DNA of 64,000 nucleotides from assembly GCF_000142905.1 (NCBI RefSeq), contig NW_013657633.1:45154-109153 (forward strand). The letters are read 5' to 3'. A program made the position numbers and the translations under genes. Below, piece by piece: positions 14,801-31,203 of the stretch; within the stretch, counting starts at the first letter, position 1; every line of letters begins with the position of its first letter. The notes beneath the pieces were generated by a model. The model was not told the DNA's origin. It did no database searches and worked only from the letters and a program-made list of their open reading frames with translations. The DNA is from Thecamonas trahens ATCC 50062 (lineage: Eukaryota > Protista > Apusomonadida).

Positions 14801-17800
14801 ATCGGGCTCCGGCAAGTCGACTGTGCTCAACACCCTAGCCACCACCCTCACTGCATCAGGCTCGCACGTCTCGGTGGCGGTCGCCAATCCCAAGTCGGTC
14901 TCGTCGGCCCACCTTTACGGCAAGCTCGACCTCGAGACCCGCGAGTGGTCCGACGGCATTCTCTCCCAGCTCGTCCGCGCCGCCGTCCGCGGCCCGGCAG
15001 ACACCTCGCACTGGATTGTGCTCGATGGGCCGGTCGACCCTGTGTGGATCGAGTCGCTCAACACCCTCCTCGATGATAACAAGAAGCTCTGCCTCTCGTC
15101 GGGCGAGATTGTCAAGCTCACGTCCAACGTCACCATGCTGTTCGAGGTCGACTCGCTCGCGGCTGCCTCACCGGCCACCGTCTCGCGCTGTGGCATGGTC
15201 TATCTCGACGCTGCCGACCTTGGCTGGCAAGTCCTCACCGACAGCTATGTGGCGACCCATCTCCCTCCTGCGCTGGCCTCCGCGACTCATCTGGTTGCCC
15301 GCATCAAGGCACTTGTCCACTCGCTCCTCTCTCCGGCGCTTTCGTACGTGGCCGCCGCCTCGCCCGACGCACTCGCGCCACTCGATGCATGCCTTCAGAC
15401 TCAGCTGGCGCCTGCGCCCAACGCGCTTGTGAGCTCGTTCCTTGGCCTCTTTGACGCTCTTCTCTGCGAGTGGCGCGACGAGAGCCACAGCACCATTGCC
15501 GAGCGCGACCGCAAGACCTGGATCGAGTCGGTATTTGTCTTTGCCCTCGTCTGGTCGCTCGGCGCTGCCTTTGCCTCGGCCTCAGCACGGACTGCGTTCT
15601 CCGACTTTGTCCGCTCGCTCACCGACCCGTATCGCGGCGGCGGCGGCGGTGGCGGCTCTAGCGGATCCGCGGCCACGGGCGGCCAGGCACAGGGCGGCCC
15701 GGCTCTGGTGCGGCCGTTCCCTAACGACGGCACCGTTTATGACTACGCCTTTTCCAAGGGCGCCGTCCGCTGGGTCTCCTTCCTCACCGCCGCGCAGGAC
15801 GAGCTGCTCTCGGCAGCCATTGGTCTTGTGCCCCACTCGCTCTCACCCGATGAGGCGTCGGAGGACCAACTCTCGTTCCGCGACATCATTGTGCCGACTC
15901 CGACGACGATTGCCACCTCGTTTGTTCTTGCCACCCTGATCGGCTCGACAAGCCCCGCGCCGCTGCCGCGCCGACCGCTGGTGGTGGGCGTGACCGGGAC
16001 CGGTAAGTCGCTGCTGGTTCGGTCGACGTTGGCGCACCTGTCGGCCACCGCGCCCGAGGCTACCGCCTCGCTCGCCATCAACTTTTCAGCGCACACGCCG
16101 GCGTCAGAGCTACTTGCCATCATTGCTGGCCGGCTGACCAAGGCTCGCAAGGCAGTGTACAGCCCTGCGCCTCCGGCCTCGCGGCTGGTTGTTTTTATCG
16201 ACGACCTCAACTTTCCCGAGCCCGACGAGTACGCCTCACAGCCGCCCCTTGAGCTGCTGCGCCAAGTCATCGACTCGGGCGGATGGTACGCCGCGACCAA
16301 GGCCGGCCACGAGTTCCAGACCGTTCTGGGCACCTCGTTTGTCGGCGCCATGGGCCCACCTGGTGGTGGGCGCCATGAGCTCTCGCCGCGGCTGTTACGG
16401 CACTTTACCCCTGTGGCAGTGCCGGAGGCCTCGACGGCGACGATGATTGCCATCTTCCGCGCGCTCTCGGACCGCTACGCTACCCGGTTCCCCCACGCAG
16501 TGAGAGCTCAGCTCAATACCCTAGTCTCGGCCTCGGTTGCGCTGTTCAACGCTGTTGTCACCACTTTTCTTCCCACGCCCACCAAGCCGCTCTACGGGTT
16601 CAACCTCCGCGACCTCTCGGCACTCTTTGAGGGCATTCTGGTGTTCGCAGATCCGCGGCCGCTCGATGACTCGCAGTCGGAGCTCCTCGGGCTCTGGGCT
16701 CACGAAGCCTCAAGGGTCTTTGGCGACCGTCTTGTGTCGGCGGCAGACTCGGCAGCATTTTCTGACCTCCTAGCCACCGTCACCCGTGAGCACTTTAAGC
16801 GGCCGCTCGGCGCCGTGATCGACGAGCTCACTTCCCAGACCGACGGCGCGCTGTTGTATGGGCCACTCAACGATGCTGGGTCTTACGCGCGGGTCGCCGC
16901 GCTCGACCATGCGACGTCGACGATGGACGCATTCATTGCCGACGCCGCGCTGACGTACCCCAACGACATGGCGACGTGCATTCTGCATCCGGACGCGCTT
17001 GCCCACGTCCTTCGTGCCTACCGCGTGCTCTCGCGGCCGCGTGGCCACCTGCTCGCGGTGGGCATCGGCGCCGCAGCACAGGCACGACCTCTGGTCCTCC
17101 TCGCTGCTTCGGTCGCAGGCTACAACGTATTCCAGGTCCAGCTCTTCAAGAACTATGCAGTCTCCGACTGGCGCGAGCGGCTCCGTGAGCTCTTCCTCTC
17201 TGCCGGGCTCGGGAGCACGCCGGTGGTGTTCCTTCTCGACGACGCGCAGCTGGTCAACGACACATTCTTGGAGGACGTGAACAACATTCTCAACCACGGG
17301 CTGGTGCCCAACATCTTTGACGCCAGCGACATGGCAACCATCCGGACAACACTCGCCAAGTCGCTGTCAGGGGGACTCGGCGGGCCACCACCAACCACGA
17401 GCAGCGTTGGCGCTGCGGTGCCAGGCACTCCTGTCGGCTCGGCCGCCGGTGGTGGCGCCGGCGTGCTCGGTGCAGGCAACCTTGGCGTCGTCGACGAGAG
17501 TTTCACCGACGAAGACGCGCTGTTTGCGAGTATGGCAACAGCAGTGGCTAGCGGAGGCGGAGCGGGCAGTGGCTCGGGCACAGTGCCACCGGCGGCCGCA
17601 CTCACCAACCGCCAGGCACTGGACATGCTCACAGCGCGACTGCGGGCGAGTCTGCACCTAGTCATTACCCTGTCACCGACGACGACCAGCTTTTCGTCGC
17701 GAATCCGTCGGTTTCCCGCGCTGGCCTCGTGCTGTACCGTCGACGTGTACCACCCACTGCAGCCGTCAGCGCTGCGGACTACGGCTGAGGTCATGCTCGC

Positions 17801-20800
17801 CGACGTGGGCTCGCTCCCGCGCGACGACGTGGAGCCGATAATCAGGGCGATGCTCGCGTTTCACGAGTCTGCGACCGAGCTGGCGCCGTCGTTTGCGACG
17901 GCGACGCGGCGGCAGTACCACGTGTCGTCGGTCACGTTCCGCGAGCTTGTGGGCCTGTTTGGCAAGTTGTACGCCGATCGGCGGGCGTCGCTGACCCGGG
18001 CGCGCGAGCGGTATCTGACCGGGCTGGAGAAGCTTGCCGAGTCTGCGGCGACCATCGAGGTGATGGAGCAGCGGCTGCAAGAGCTGCGGCCGCAGCTGCA
18101 GAGCGCGTCGCGGCAGGTCGACACCCTCCTTCGCAAGCTGACCAAGCAGGCGAGCTCTCTGGCCGAGGCCAAGGCCACGGTCGATGGCGCCGTGGCAGAG
18201 GCGTCGGCGCGCGAGGCAGAAGCCAAGGTCATCTACGGCGAGTGCGAAGACGCGCTGGCAACCATGTACCCGCAGCTGCAGGCGGCCAACGCGGCACTGT
18301 CGCGGCTGAAGAAGAAGCATGTCGACGAGATCCGGACGATGAAGAACCCGCCCGAGGCGGTCAAGGTTGTGATGGAGGCCGTGACGGTTTTGCTGCGGGT
18401 CAAGGTCAAGACCAGCTACGTGAACGGGATCAAGGTGGCGGACACGTGGCGAGCGGCGCAAAAGATGCTCCTCAAGCGCGGCTTCATCAAGTCGCTCCTC
18501 GAGTACGATGCCGACAACATCCCGGAGGCGCTGATGGACCGAGTGCGGGTCATTCTCGAGTCGGAGCACTTTACACTTGAGGCCATCACCCGCGCTTCGG
18601 TGGCAGCAACCTCGATTGGGCTGTGGGTGTCTGCGGTGGAAAAGTATCACCGAGTGGTTCAGCTGGTCAAGCCGCGGCGAAACAATCTCGCGGCGGCCCA
18701 GGCGCAACATGCGAGCGTGCTCGGGCAGCTCAACGAGAAGCGTGCCGAGCTCGACTCACTGGTGGCGCAGCAGGATGCGCTTCAGGCTGAGTACGACGGG
18801 GCTGCGGCGCGGAAGGCGCAGCTGGCCAATGACGTCGATCAGTGCGAGGTGCAGCTATCGCGGGCACAGCGATTGATGTACGGCCTCAACCTGGAGAAGC
18901 AGCACTGGCTTGACGCTGCGGAAGCTCAGGCGTCTGCGCTCTCGCACGTGGTGGGCGACACGCTCCTCGCGGCAGCGTGTGTGGTGTACCTCGGCCCGCT
19001 CACGTCAGAGTTCCGGGCGACGCTGCAGGATGCGTTTGCGTCGTCGCTGAGCGTTGCGGTCTCACCCGACTACTCGCTCTCGAACATTCTCTCCTCGCCG
19101 CTGGAGATCCGGGCGTGGCACTCTTTCGGGCTGCCGCGCGATGCGACGTCGACCCAGTCGGCGCTCATTGTCAGCCTCTCGCGGAACTGGCCGTTTATGA
19201 TCGACCCGCAGGGCCAGGCCAAGGCGTGGATTACCGGGCTTGAGCGCGAAGCCGGACTGGTGGCGGTCAACGCCCAGTCCGAGTCGCTCCTGCTCACTCT
19301 CGAGCGGGCGATGCTGGGCGGCGTGCCGACGCTGCTCTACGGCGTTGGCTCCGAACTGGATCCTGCGCTCGACCCGCTGCTTGCGCGGGCTTGGACTAAG
19401 ATCGGGGCGCGCACCGTGATCCAGCTCGGTGCCGAGCACGTCGACGTCAAGTCCTCGTTCCGGCTCTACATCACGACGTCGCTGCACAACCCGCGGCTGC
19501 GGCCGGAGCTTGCAGAGCTGCTAACGGTGGTCAACTTTGCGATCACGCCGACGGGACTGGCGGACCAGGTGCTCTCGCTCGCGATGTCTGTAGAAGCGCC
19601 GGCGATGGAAGCGCAGAACGAGCAATTGCTGCTGGACTCGGTCAAACTCCGGCAGCAGCTCTCGGCGCTCGAAGACAAGGTGCTCGACCTGCTGTCGACC
19701 TCGCAGGGCAACTTTTTGGAGGACGATGTGCTCATTGAGACGTTGACCGACTCGAAGCGTGAGCACGATCTCCTCTCGGTCAAGCTCAAGAGCGCGCAGG
19801 GTGTGCGGGCGGAGCTGCGGCAGACGCGGTCTGCCTACGTGCCACTGGCGGAGCTTGCGGCCCTCCTCTTTGGCGTGCTCACTGACTTGGCTGCTGTCGA
19901 CCCGATGTATCAGTTCTCGCTTGATGCGTTTACCTCTACCACGGTGGCGACGCTGCGGCGGACGCGGACGAGCGACCCGCGGCACCGGTTGACCGAGTTG
20001 GCGTCGAACCTGCGGCTGGACGTGTTCCGGGCAACGTGTCGGTCGCTGTACGAGCGGCACAAGCTGCTGCTGGCGCTGGTGATGGCGTTCCGGGTGTCGA
20101 CGGCGCCTGTAGTTAGTGCTGCGAGCGAGAGCAAGGCCAGCAACTCGGTGCTCCAGTTTCCGCGGGCGAGCAAGGTGGGGCAAGGTCTCTCGCCGAGCTC
20201 GTCGGTGTCATCGATGGCGTCTGCAGGCTCTGGCGACGAGGCCGGGGCTGGCGCGCGGGGAGCATTTGAGAGTGCCGAGGTGGGCATGGGCGCAGAGCTG
20301 GAGGAAGACGTGGACGTGGCGGCCGCGGCGCGGATGGAAGCCGACGCGCGGCTTCACTTTCTCGCGACCGGCATGGTCGGGCTTTCGTCAGAGCCGACCG
20401 AGTCTGCGAGCGATCTAGCGGCGCAAGTCGCCGAGCTGCCGTTCTTGACAAGCGAGGCTGTGGCGCGTGCGGTGCAGCTGTCGCAGCTGGCGCCGTTTGC
20501 GACGCTGCTCAACCACTTGCACCTCAACAAGCAGTTCTGGCGGGCGTGGATGGCGAGCGGGACGCCGCACAGCATGAGCGTGCCCGGCCCGCTCGGCGAA
20601 GCGATGAGCGCCCTCGACACGCTGTTGCTTGTGCGGGCGCTCAAGCCCGAGGGAGTGGTGCCGGCAGTGCGGCACTATGTGGCCGAAGTGTTGGGGCCGT
20701 CGTTTGTGGAGCCGCCGGCATTTGACCTGGGGACATCGTTTGCGGCGTCGTCCCCGCAGCACCCGATCCTGTTCCTCATCTCGCCGGGGCTCAATCCCCT

Positions 20801-22547
20801 TGACGCGATCACGTCGTTTGCGCACGAGCGTGGTATGGGTCCGGCACTCGCGGTGTACTCGCTGGGCCAGGGCCAAGGTCCGATGGCACAGGCGGCGATT
20901 ACGGCGGCACAGTCCAAGGGCACCTGGGTAGTGCTGCAGAACTGCCACCTGAATCTGGAGTGGATGCCGACGCTTGCGGCGATGCTAGAGGCGACGCCGC
21001 AGGACGTGGCGCCGGGCTTCCGACTCTGGCTCACCTCCAAGTCTGTGGAAGCGTTTCCGGTCTCGATTGCGCTGTCTTCGGTGACGGTGACGCACGAGGC
21101 GCCGGCGGGAGTGCGGGCGTCGCTGCTGGCGTCGTACGGCAAGGTGCAGGACGACATGTTCAACAACCCGGCTGTTGCGAGCGCCGGGCGCGAGGTTGTC
21201 TTCCGTAAGCTTCTATACGGGATCAACGCGTTCCACGCGGTTGTGGTGGAACGGCGCAAGTTTGGCCCGCTCGGCTTCACAATTCCGTACGAGTTTTCCG
21301 AGGCGGACCTCTCGATCTGCCAGCGGCAGCTTGTGGCTGCAATGGAAGAGCCCGGCGCCGACGGGCGGATTCCGTTTGAAGCGCTACACTACCTGGCAGG
21401 TGAGGTCAACTACGGCGGGCGGGTGACGGACGCGCACGACCGTCGGCTGTTGGCGGCGCTGCTGCGGACTTACTTTTCGCGGGAGGCGCTGAGCTCGGTC
21501 GTGCTGCCAGACGAGCCTGGGCTCGCCGAGTATGTGGCTCACATCAAAGCGTTGCCTGCGACTGATGCACCGGCGGTGTTTGGACTCCACGCCAACGCGC
21601 AGCTGACGGCGGCGCGAAACGCGACAAGCGAGCTGCTCGCGGCGGTTGTGGTGATGCAGCCGCGCGACGAGGCAATGCTAGGGCTCTCGCACGAGGAGGT
21701 GCTTGCGCACATTGTGACACGGGCGCGCGAGCTGGTGCCCAGCTCGCTGGCACGGAGTGGACTCCGTGACACGCTGACCGTCTCGTACGATGACACGTTG
21801 ACGACGCTCCTGCTCCAGGAAATGGCCCGGTTCGACGAGCTGCTGGTGACGATTACTGACTCGCTGGTGGAGCTCGACGGCGCGCTGCGCGGCGAGTTCC
21901 TCTTTTCGGCGCGACTGGAGAAGCTCGGCGAGCAGCTGCGGAACCTGGCAGTGCCGGACGAATGGCTGGAGGTGTCGTACCCGACACTGGCAGGGCTGTG
22001 GGGCTACCTGGAAGATCTGGCTGCTCGGGTGGCGGTGCTGCGGGCGTGGGCGCGAGACGGCCCACCGGCGGTGTTTTGGCTCGCCGGCCTCTCCTTCCCG
22101 CAGGCGCTTCTGACTGCGGTCAAGCAGGACTTTGCGCGGTCGTTTGGGGTGCCAATCGACCGCGTCCGGTTCGCTTTCCAGGTCCTTGCACCGGACGCAG
22201 AGCCGGACGAGCCGCCGCCGTCCGGAGTGTATCTCTCGGGCCTCTTTCTCGACGGCGGGCGTTGGGATGCCGGCGCCGGGCAGCTGGTGGAGCAGGTCGA
22301 CGGCGAGCTCTATCCACCGTTGCCGGTCCTTTGGCTCCGGCCGTACGACGTCGACGTGGAGGAGCCGACGAGCCGAGCCACGTACGCGGCGCCGCTGTAC
22401 AAGACAGCGGCGCGGCGAGGCGAGCTCGACACCACAGGGCACTCGACCAACTACGTAGTCTCGGTCGACCTCCCCATCGCAGCAGCGCGCGACGTCGAGC
22501 ACTGGGTCAAGCGTGGTGTGGCGATTGTGGGCCAGTACGCCAGCTGA
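8852..22547 (+). CDS. Axonemal inner-arm dynein heavy chain, DNAH1-like
   Basis: P-loops GPAGTGKTET, GASGSGKS and GVTGTGKS; CFDEFNRI, YDFGLRAVK, WIVLDGPVD, a coiled-coil stalk, and C-terminal HSTNYV…HWVKRGVA. The N-terminal YLPLELFDD…TPDEW resembles DNAH1. First intron 8888-8968 (GTACGC, CTAAC branch point, CAG); frame break at ~9421. Confidence 0.95.
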
Positions 22548-22738
22548 AACCGGCTTGACGAGCATCTTTATTTGCAAAGTGATGGATAAACATCAATTCC
22601 GAGTCTGACATGGATCCGTCCGATAAGTGGCCACACTTGTCTGTCTTGCCCCCCCCCCCCCCCCCCGCCTCCCGTCCCGTCCCGTCCGCGAGCTTGTTTC
22701 GGCCGAGTCAGTCGACAGCAAATAGCCACAACAAGGAC

Positions 22739-24345
22739 ATGGGTGGTGATGCAGGCCTTGGATTCGGCGCAGCAGCCATTGCCGTCGTCTGCTTTGGTTC
22801 TAACTTTGTACCTGTGAAGAAGTTCCAGACTGGCGATGGCATGTTCTTCCAATGGGTCATGGTAGGTCGCAGTGTGGAGGGGGGCAGGGGAGGGGAGGGG
22901 GAGGGGGAGGGGTGGGGGAGGGGTCGCGTGCTGGAGGTGACCGTGCTGAAGAAATTGCCTGTGACGTGAGGGGAGGGGGGGGGGGGGGGGGAGGGGATAG
23001 AAAGAAGGGACTTATGGTGGGTCGAGGGCGGATGGCGGTATGGACATATGGTCTGTGGGGATTGTGTTGGCTGTGTTGGCTGTGTCGGCTGTGTCGGCTG
23101 CGTTCGGCTGTGTCGGCTGCGTTCGGCTGGGGGGTGGCTGCATTCGGCTCGGACGGGGACTCGGTCACGGGCAATGATGGCCTGGTGATGGGAATGTGGC
23201 GATGAACGGGTGGTGCTCGGGCTCTGGTGATGGACGTCTTTGTTAATGGGATGCGGTGGGGGTCACGGGGGAGGCAACAGTGCGCGGCCATCTTCTGTGC
23301 TGGTGTCTGCGTCAACGCTGTCCGCGAGTCGCCCGAGTTCCACTACTTGGCAATGCTCGGCGGCTTCTTGTGGTGTACAGGCAATCTGTTCTCGGTCTTT
23401 GTCATCCGCGCGGTCGGTCTCGGGCTCGGACTCTGCCTCTGGGGCTCGACCAACCTGATCATGGGCTGGGCCTCCGGCAAGTTTGGCCTGTTCGGCCTCG
23501 ACAAGGAGCCGATTGCCAACCCGGGCCTCAATCTAGTCGGCGTTCTCGTTGCGGTCTGCGCCACCCTCGCGTTTGCGGCGGTCAAGCCCGACCTGTCGTC
23601 AGACGACGAATCACGGAGCCGCGAGTCACGGGGCTCAGGCAACGTGCTGGCGACGGTGGCCGGGCGTGGCTCGGGCGTGGCGCCTGCCGTCGGCGGCCAG
23701 AAACGGATCAACGCGGCGTCGCCCGAGACGGCACTGCTGGCCGGCGTTGCCGACCCGAGCGCATCGCCGTCGGCGGCGTACTACAATGTGGATGAAGAGG
23801 CGCTGTTCGGGTCACCGCGGCCCGGGATGGCAGCTGGCGACGGCGACGAGCGCGACGTCATCGACGCCATGGACCCGTTTCTCCGGCGCGCGCTCGGCAT
23901 TGCCGCCGCGCTCCTCGCCGGCACCATGTTTGGTGTCAACTTTGACCCGCCCATCTGGCTCATCGACCACAACAAGGGCTCCAGCAATGCGGTCGACTAC
24001 GTCTTTGCCCACTTTACCGGCATCTTTGTCACCTCGACGGTGTACTTTCTCGCGTACTGTGCGTACATGAGCAACGCGCCGGTGATCAACCCCAAGCTCG
24101 TCCTCCCGGCCTTTGCCTCGGGCCTCATCTGGGCCATGGCCGACATCTCGTGGTTTGTGGCCAACACCCAGCTCTCGCTTGTTGTCGCCTTTCCCATCGT
24201 CACCACCGGGCCCGGCATCGTGGCCTCGCTCTGGGGTGTGTGCGTGTTCAAGGAGATCCGCGGAACCCGCAACTTTGCCATTCTGGGCGCAGCCTTTCTC
24301 CTTACCATCATCTCGGTCACCCTCATCACCCTCTCGCGCAATTGA
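22739..24345 (+). CDS. TMEM144: TMEM144-like transporter (DMT superfamily)
   Basis: Exon 1 …FGSNFVPVKKFQTGDGMFFQWVM, intron 22862-23280, exon 2 with AMLGGFLWCTGN, GWASGKFGLFG, YVFAHFTGIF and WGVCVFKEIRG. Confidence 0.9.
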
Positions 24346-24429
24346 ACACGCACCGAGAGCCGCCGGCACCACCGGTACAACACAACAGCGTCCGATTTAA
24401 TGACGCGCCCCAGCTGCGGAGGCTATCGC

Positions 24430-25106
24430 CTAAAAGCCCACGTCATCTTCGTCGTCGGCAAAGACGTGCGAGTAGAGCAGGACCGAAGTGTAGAAGAGGA
24501 CGCCGCCGGCCACAGCCATGACCATGGCCGGGACTTCGATGGCGTCGACATGAGCCAGGGTCATGGGCAGAGCAAGACCGGTGACAACGATGGCGCCAGT
24601 GAGGAAGAATCCCGAGTCTTTCCACCCGTTGCGGCCCTCGTCGAGCGAGAATCCCGAGGACGAGCCACGCTGGCAGGCGCCACAGAGGAGATTAGGCAGC
24701 GGAGCAAAGCCAAAGGCGACGATGACGACCATGGGCAGCCAGTTGCGCCAGATGACGCATGAGAGGACCACAAACAGCAGAGAGAGGGCAATTAGCGATG
24801 CAAGGATGATCAACCTGAGGACGGAGAGAGAGAGTGTGTGTGTGTGTGAGTGTGAGTGAGGGGGGGAGGGGGGAGGGGGTGGGGGTGGGGGAGGGGGAGA
24901 GGGGGGGCGTACTCTGTGTGTGAGGGGGAGAGGGAGGAGGAGGAAGGGGTGGGAATGAGGGAGTATGTGAGTATGGATGCGGTACGGGTGGTATGGGTAT
25001 GGGTATGGTGGTGGTGGTGATGATTGATGTTGGTGGTGGTGATGGTGGTGGTGGTGATGGTGGTGGTGGTGGTGGTGGGTACGGTGGTCATGGCTCCAAG
25101 AACCAT
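24430..25106 (-). CDS. VPS55: Vps55 / leptin receptor gene-related protein
   Basis: Main exon ~24813-24430 reads LSCVIWRNWLPM…APLPNL…FFLTGAIVVTGLALPMTLAH. The 5' exon structure (ATG 25106?) across a repeat-filled intron is unresolved. Confidence 0.8.
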
Positions 25107-25333
25107 GTCTTCCCCCTCCCCCCCCCTCCCCCCCCCTCCCCTCCCCCATACCTTCCCCCTCCCCCCCCTTCCCCCCTCCCCTCCCCCTCTTCCCTCACAT
25201 ACTGTGAATGCCGGTGAGTGCCATAGTCACCAGGTGTGGTCGAGTGTACCGTGCGCTGTATTCCCCTACCTCCCTTCCCCCCCCCCCCCCCTGCTCCCCC
25301 TGCCACAGGTGGATGTGGTGGGGGATCCCTCCA

Positions 25334-25536
25334 TCAGGCACACCGTGACCAGGCAACGGGGATGGTGTACGCAGCGGACGGGTACAGCGACCAGACTTCT
25401 TCACAACACACAAATAAAGGTATCAAATAGTAAACGTACGCTGAGCCTGGATGGCTGCCTTCAGATCGTTCACAGACTGGGCCTCGAACTCGCCAAGCGA
25501 CTTGCCCTTGCGGGTCTGGACCGTGACGTGGACCAT
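25334..25536 (-). CDS. Possible 53-aa ubiquitin-like mini-ORF or gene fragment, reminiscent of the TECR N-terminus
   Basis: MVHVTVQTRKGKSLGEFEAQSVNDLKAAIQAQ, then a GTACGT…AAG intron at 25439-25399, then QVWSLYPS…. The resemblance is judged by eye only. Confidence 0.3.
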
Positions 25537-25762
25537 GGTGGGAATGGTTGGAGTTGGGTGGCCGAAGCCGAGTTGCGGGTCATGCCACTCACTGCCCCGC
25601 CCCGCCCACTGCCGGGCACTCGGCCGCTTCCTGGAGCGCACCACAGCAATCGGTTTTGCATCATTGCATCGCTGCATCGGCTATCATTGAGTTCATTGAT
25701 TGGTCTTGCTGTAGACAATACGCTCATGCCCAGTGCCCGTCATAGCGCTCGCCCTGGTCACA

Positions 25763-27072
25763 CTATCCGCGCAACTCGGCAAAGATCGCAGCATATCCTT
25801 CGCGGGCAACGCGGGCGGCGTTGATGACTGCTGCCTCTGAAAGCCCACCTTCGCTCTCCTCCTCCCAAACAGTGGTGCATGGCACGAGTTTGAGCTCGGA
25901 TTGGGGGCCCGAGACCAGTGGCTCGAGGACCGTGCTGGCGTCATCGCCATCGCCAGCAGCTCCAACGGCATAGATGGCTGCCTTTGTCCCACACGCCGCA
26001 TGAGCCCACCCCAGCACAAGCATCGACAGTTGGGATCTCGTCCGGTGCTGATGCCCGGCATCAACGATAATCTGCGGAACTCCGTGAGCAAAAGCGGTGG
26101 CGGGGTGCGGCGTCCAGCGTGCCTCGCCGTATCGTGTGGTCCTCACCTGGGTGCATCCATCGGCGCATCCATCGCCGCGCAGAACCGCCCAGGCTCCGCG
26201 CGCATCCTCAACCACCCAAAGACGCCTGTGTTGGCGTCAGCCATCCCGCTGTTGACCCACACCTCCAGCACATGGTGCTCACCAGAGCCATCGACGGCTT
26301 CAAAGCTTACCGCCCGCCACGCCGACGGCAGGATGGCATACGACGAAGCATGCCGCTGGACAACCGCAAGCGGTGTTGCCTTCAGCGCTTGCCACACGCC
26401 GATACTGCCAACGGCCGATCGAGCTGCCGCGCTATATGGATCGCCGGCAGCAACCACTGCCGCCTCGTCATCAAAGGTCACCTCGGCGTCCCACCCGTCG
26501 CCGGCGACCGGCCACCCACTCATGGCTGCAAACACCGAGCCAACATCGTGAGGTTTGGCAAAGGCGGGATAGAGACTCCGCGCACTCGCGATCGAGTCCA
26601 CTGATGCCAGCGAGAGCCACAGAGAGTAGGCATCCATCTCTAGACGATCCCACACTCTGGCCACCTCTTTGCCCTCTAGTCCACACACCGCCGCCAGCTC
26701 GGCAGCAATGGATCCGTCCTCGGCGTCAAGCGAGCTCTCACTGACTTCATCGTCCTCGTCCTCCTCTTCGCCACCAAGCGCCACCAGCACGGACTTTAGG
26801 CCTCGGCAAGCCAGCGCGTCCACCACCTGACTCGCTGCCACACTCATCAAAGCCAGAAGCATCGCCGATCGCGTTCGCTGTGGCAGCACGCCGCCCGTCT
26901 CGATCCCGTCGCCCATTCCGTCGCCCACTTCGTTGCCGCCAAAGCCGTCAGCAGCACCTGTGACCAGCTCGACCTCCCGCCACTTGCTGGCGAGGACCCG
27001 ATAGACAGGCTTGAAGACGCGCCACGGCATGTCTGGGTACTCAGCCATGGTGGGCGTGCTGAGACGAGTCAT
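25763..27072 (-). CDS. Hypothetical protein
   Basis: ORFs 26143-27072 and 25763-26215 join if one T is added to the TTT run at ~26219. No family recognised. Confidence 0.5.
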
Positions 27073-27241
27073 GCATAGCCCTGCTTTCTGTGTGATCTGT
27101 CACCCCATCGACCGACTGGCAGCCGTGGACACGCAGCCGATCAAGGCATGCATTGCCGCGTTTACAACCATGGGACGCACTCTGTCCTCGAGTGGCGCTC
27201 TGCGAGCAGACGCAGACACAAGCCACGCACACGCCGCATGC

Positions 27242-27672
27242 TCATGCGTGCTTTCCGCCGGGAACCAGCATGCACACGTTTGAACCGTTGAGCAGGATCT
27301 CATCGTTCTTGATCCCGGTCTTGCCCGCAGGCGTCGAGTCGTACTCGGTCACATCCTGGAGGACCATGTTGACGTACTCGTCAAACCTGTATCCCCGCCC
27401 ATGATCCGCAGCCGTACCACACCGCACACCGCATGCATGACACCCACCGACATCACATCACACCCACACCCACATCACATCCACATGAATAAGTATCGCA
27501 CATCACTCCCCCCCCCCCCCCCCTTCCCGCCCTCCCCCACTCCCCTTCTTTTCCCTCTTCAGAGCCATCGACCCGATCCTTGTCCACGTACCCGGTGAGG
27601 ATACCCTCAAACTCCTTGTCGCCCTTCATCAGCACCAGGACGCGCGAGCCAATGGTCTTGTCGAGCAGCTCA
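27242..27672 (-). CDS. LSM5: U6 snRNA-associated Sm-like protein LSm5 (5' exon probably in the N gap)
   Basis: Exon ELLDKTIGSRVLVLMKGDKEFEGILTG, a GTACGT intron, then exon FDEYVNMVLQDVTEY…ILLNGSNVCMLVPGG. Confidence 0.92.
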
Positions 27673-27682
27673 CTGTACGCCC

Positions 27683-27684
<2 letters not shown>

Positions 27685-27752
<68 letters not shown>
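27685..27752. repeat. (CA)n microsatellite in an LSM5 intron
   Basis: More than 30 CA units. Confidence 0.95.
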
Positions 27753-27754
<2 letters not shown>

Positions 27755-27786
27755 ACCACCGACCACCGACCGTACCGACCGAACCG

Positions 27787-27886
27787 NNNNNNNNNNNNNN
27801 NNNNNNNNNNNNNNNNNNNNNNNNNNNNNNNNNNNNNNNNNNNNNNNNNNNNNNNNNNNNNNNNNNNNNNNNNNNNNNNNNNNNNN
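27787..27886. other. Assembly gap (100 N)
   Basis: Run of N; probably hides the first exons of the divergent LSM5 and TRAPPC13 genes. Confidence 0.99.
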
Positions 27887-27997
27887 CCCCTCCCCAGTCG
27901 CCCCCTCCCCACCTCTCCACCCCCTACCTCCACCCCCGGTCCTGCCCCCCCCACCACCACCACCACAACCTCCTCCTCCTCCTCCTCCAACCCACAG

Positions 27998-31060
<3,063 letters not shown>

Positions 31061-31203
31061 TCAATGGCTGGCGATGCGGCAACCGATGCCAGCTACCACT
31101 CCAGACCGGGATCGTTTCATGTATGCCCATCATGTTAATCGTGTATGTTCATCATGGGTACGCACTATGCCACTCATCTCCCAGCACAGGGCAATGGCTG
31201 CGG

